From Macrostomum hystrix (lineage: Eukaryota > Animalia > Platyhelminthes), in contig CATNEN010000003.1 in assembly GCA_950097015.1 (NCBI GenBank), forward strand, positions 13,764,001-13,828,000: a DNA stretch of 64,000 bases, written 5' to 3'. Of the stretch, positions 62,359 to 64,000 are shown one piece after another; the stretch's first letter is position 1, and the number at the start of each line of letters is the position of its first letter. The notes below the pieces were generated by a model, which was not told the DNA's origin, made no database searches, and saw only the letters and a program-made list of their open reading frames with translations. The translations under genes and the position numbers were made by a program.

Positions 62359-63450
62359 TACCGTTTCTTAGACCCTATCTCTGTCAACACGGGTGAAATT
62401 ACTGAAGTTTCTCGCACACTATGCGTAATACCATTTATCGGCCAAATTGTTCTTACTTTATATTTAATATAAGTAATTGAATTTTACGTGAAAATAATCA
62501 TCCTCTAGAAAATAAAAGTTATTTAATGTTCTCTTTGTTATGTGTAATGTTTCCAAAATTTTCCGGTGGAACACTCTTCACTATATAAATATACAAGCAG
62601 GCGGAAGGAAATTTATCAACCTTTCTCCGCAAATAACTGTTAACTACTTTATACGAGGATACACAGCCTCGCTCTTTCTTATTTTGAGAAGACTCCTCTT
62701 CTACAATATAACATTCATAAAGAGACGAGAGTAGTTCAGTTACTTTTAACCTCGGCTGCGCGATGCTACGTACACAATATACAATTTGGCTCAACTGAGA
62801 CGCTGAAGTGGTAGATTTTTTTCTATCTTATTAATCCTTATTTTTTATTAATATTGTTTTTTTTAATGAAGTCAACAAATATAAGATTGAACGAAGATGA
62901 GGGATGCTGAAGTTTAATTACTTTTGTTCCGTTTCTGCTTTATTATTTTTTAGCTCTGTAACTACGTGTTTATTCTCAATCTACTTTGTACAAGTCTATG
63001 AACTGAACTAGCAACGAGATAAATGGATTGATTGCACTGAATAACACTGATTGCGATTTATCTGAAAATCTGCTAATAAGAACCTCATAGTGCATGAACG
63101 GCAACCTCTTGACAGAAGTCAAAGGTGGCCGATTGAGAAGCACCCTATATTACTTGTGCGGTTTTGCCCAAACCCTGAAATAGTTGATTATAAATAAGTT
63201 TTAATCGAAAGAAACGGGAAAACAGTTATAAAAATTTTTATATTACAAGCGTATAAACATGCTTTTAAATATAAAGTCACAGTAGTTAAGAGCGATGAGT
63301 GCAATATAAACTTGTGTTAGCACTGATCATACTGACCAATCAAATATATTTTGTGTTTCCAAATATGCGCACATAATTATTACATTTATGCAATACAAAT
63401 TTGAAGTATAGGATTATTACTATTGCGTCATAGTTCGTTGTCATAGTACC

Positions 63451-63851
63451 CAGTGGCGCAACCAGGTTTTGCCTTAGGGGGGGCGGTCTTTGCGTACATT
63501 GCCCTTTGCGTACATTGCCTCGCGGGTCGAAGGGGGGGCACCAGGTGGAGCGCGCTGTTTCGCGGTTTTCGCCCATCATTCCTGGGCCAATTTCAAGGGA
63601 CGGTAGGGTAGGGCCCAGACGATTTAAAAGGTTTAAAAAATCCGAACGCACGCACGATTATAATGAAAGCTTGAAAATTAATATATTACCAGTGGTCTTG
63701 GACTTGGTCTTTGGTGTATGTACGTTGGACTTGGGGGACAGGGAATGAGATAAGGTAATAAATTAAGAAGCGTCTTGGCTTGCCCTTTGCGTACATTGCC
63801 CGCGGGCCGAAGGGGGGCGGCCGCCACCCCGCCCCCCTGGTTGCGCCACTG
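63451..63851. mobile_element. Non-autonomous hAT MITE
   Basis: 16-bp TIR CAGTGGCGCAACCAGG / CCTGGTTGCGCCACTG and perfect 8-bp TSD ATAGTACC. Confidence 0.93.
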
Positions 63852-64000
63852 ATAGTACCTTAAAAACTGATAAAGAAAACAAAATATAATCTTGATTGTA
63901 TACGAAAAAATATTGCGTATCAATTATCTGTCCAGTCAAATAGACAATACAAAAACATGTAACACCATAATTACCGAATATATATATAAAACGAACGCAT

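Overview
Eukaryotic (animal) nuclear DNA: spliced genes, tRNA-derived SINEs, DNA transposons, two young LTR retrotransposons and a different minisatellite in most long introns. A repeat-rich lophotrochozoan such as a Macrostomum-type flatworm is plausible, but that is inference. Gene models were assembled by hand from splice sites and codon phases. They are: the 5' part of clueless/CLUH (-), histone H3.3 (-), a small secreted PAN/apple-like protein with an in-frame TAG (-), a GT32 DxD glycosyltransferase (-), a SUMF2-like inactive FGE paralogue (+), a small secreted acidic-propiece/cationic Cys protein (-), a 9-exon coiled-coil gene (-) and a 5-exon ARM-TIR-SAM-like gene (-). Mobile DNA comprises two full-length Ty3/Gypsy (Mag-like) elements with apparently identical LTRs and 5-bp TSDs, a defective DD34D mariner, two hAT MITEs with 8-bp TSDs, palindromic MITEs and two SINE families. 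Most long ORFs in the supplied track (471, 328, 310, 1169 aa etc.) are read-throughs of tandem repeats. Five observations stand out. (1) A U12-type AT-AC intron at 53601-53779 is required to keep the coiled-coil gene in frame. (2) The same gene has a 19-copy tandem array of its own exon/5'-splice-site junction. (3) One SINE family is highly structured and carries HDV-ribozyme-like motifs in permuted order (speculative). (4) An ARM-TIR-SAM protein retains the catalytic-type TIR glutamate. (5) A candidate antimicrobial/peptide precursor is hidden by a 3.2-kb G-rich intronic array.
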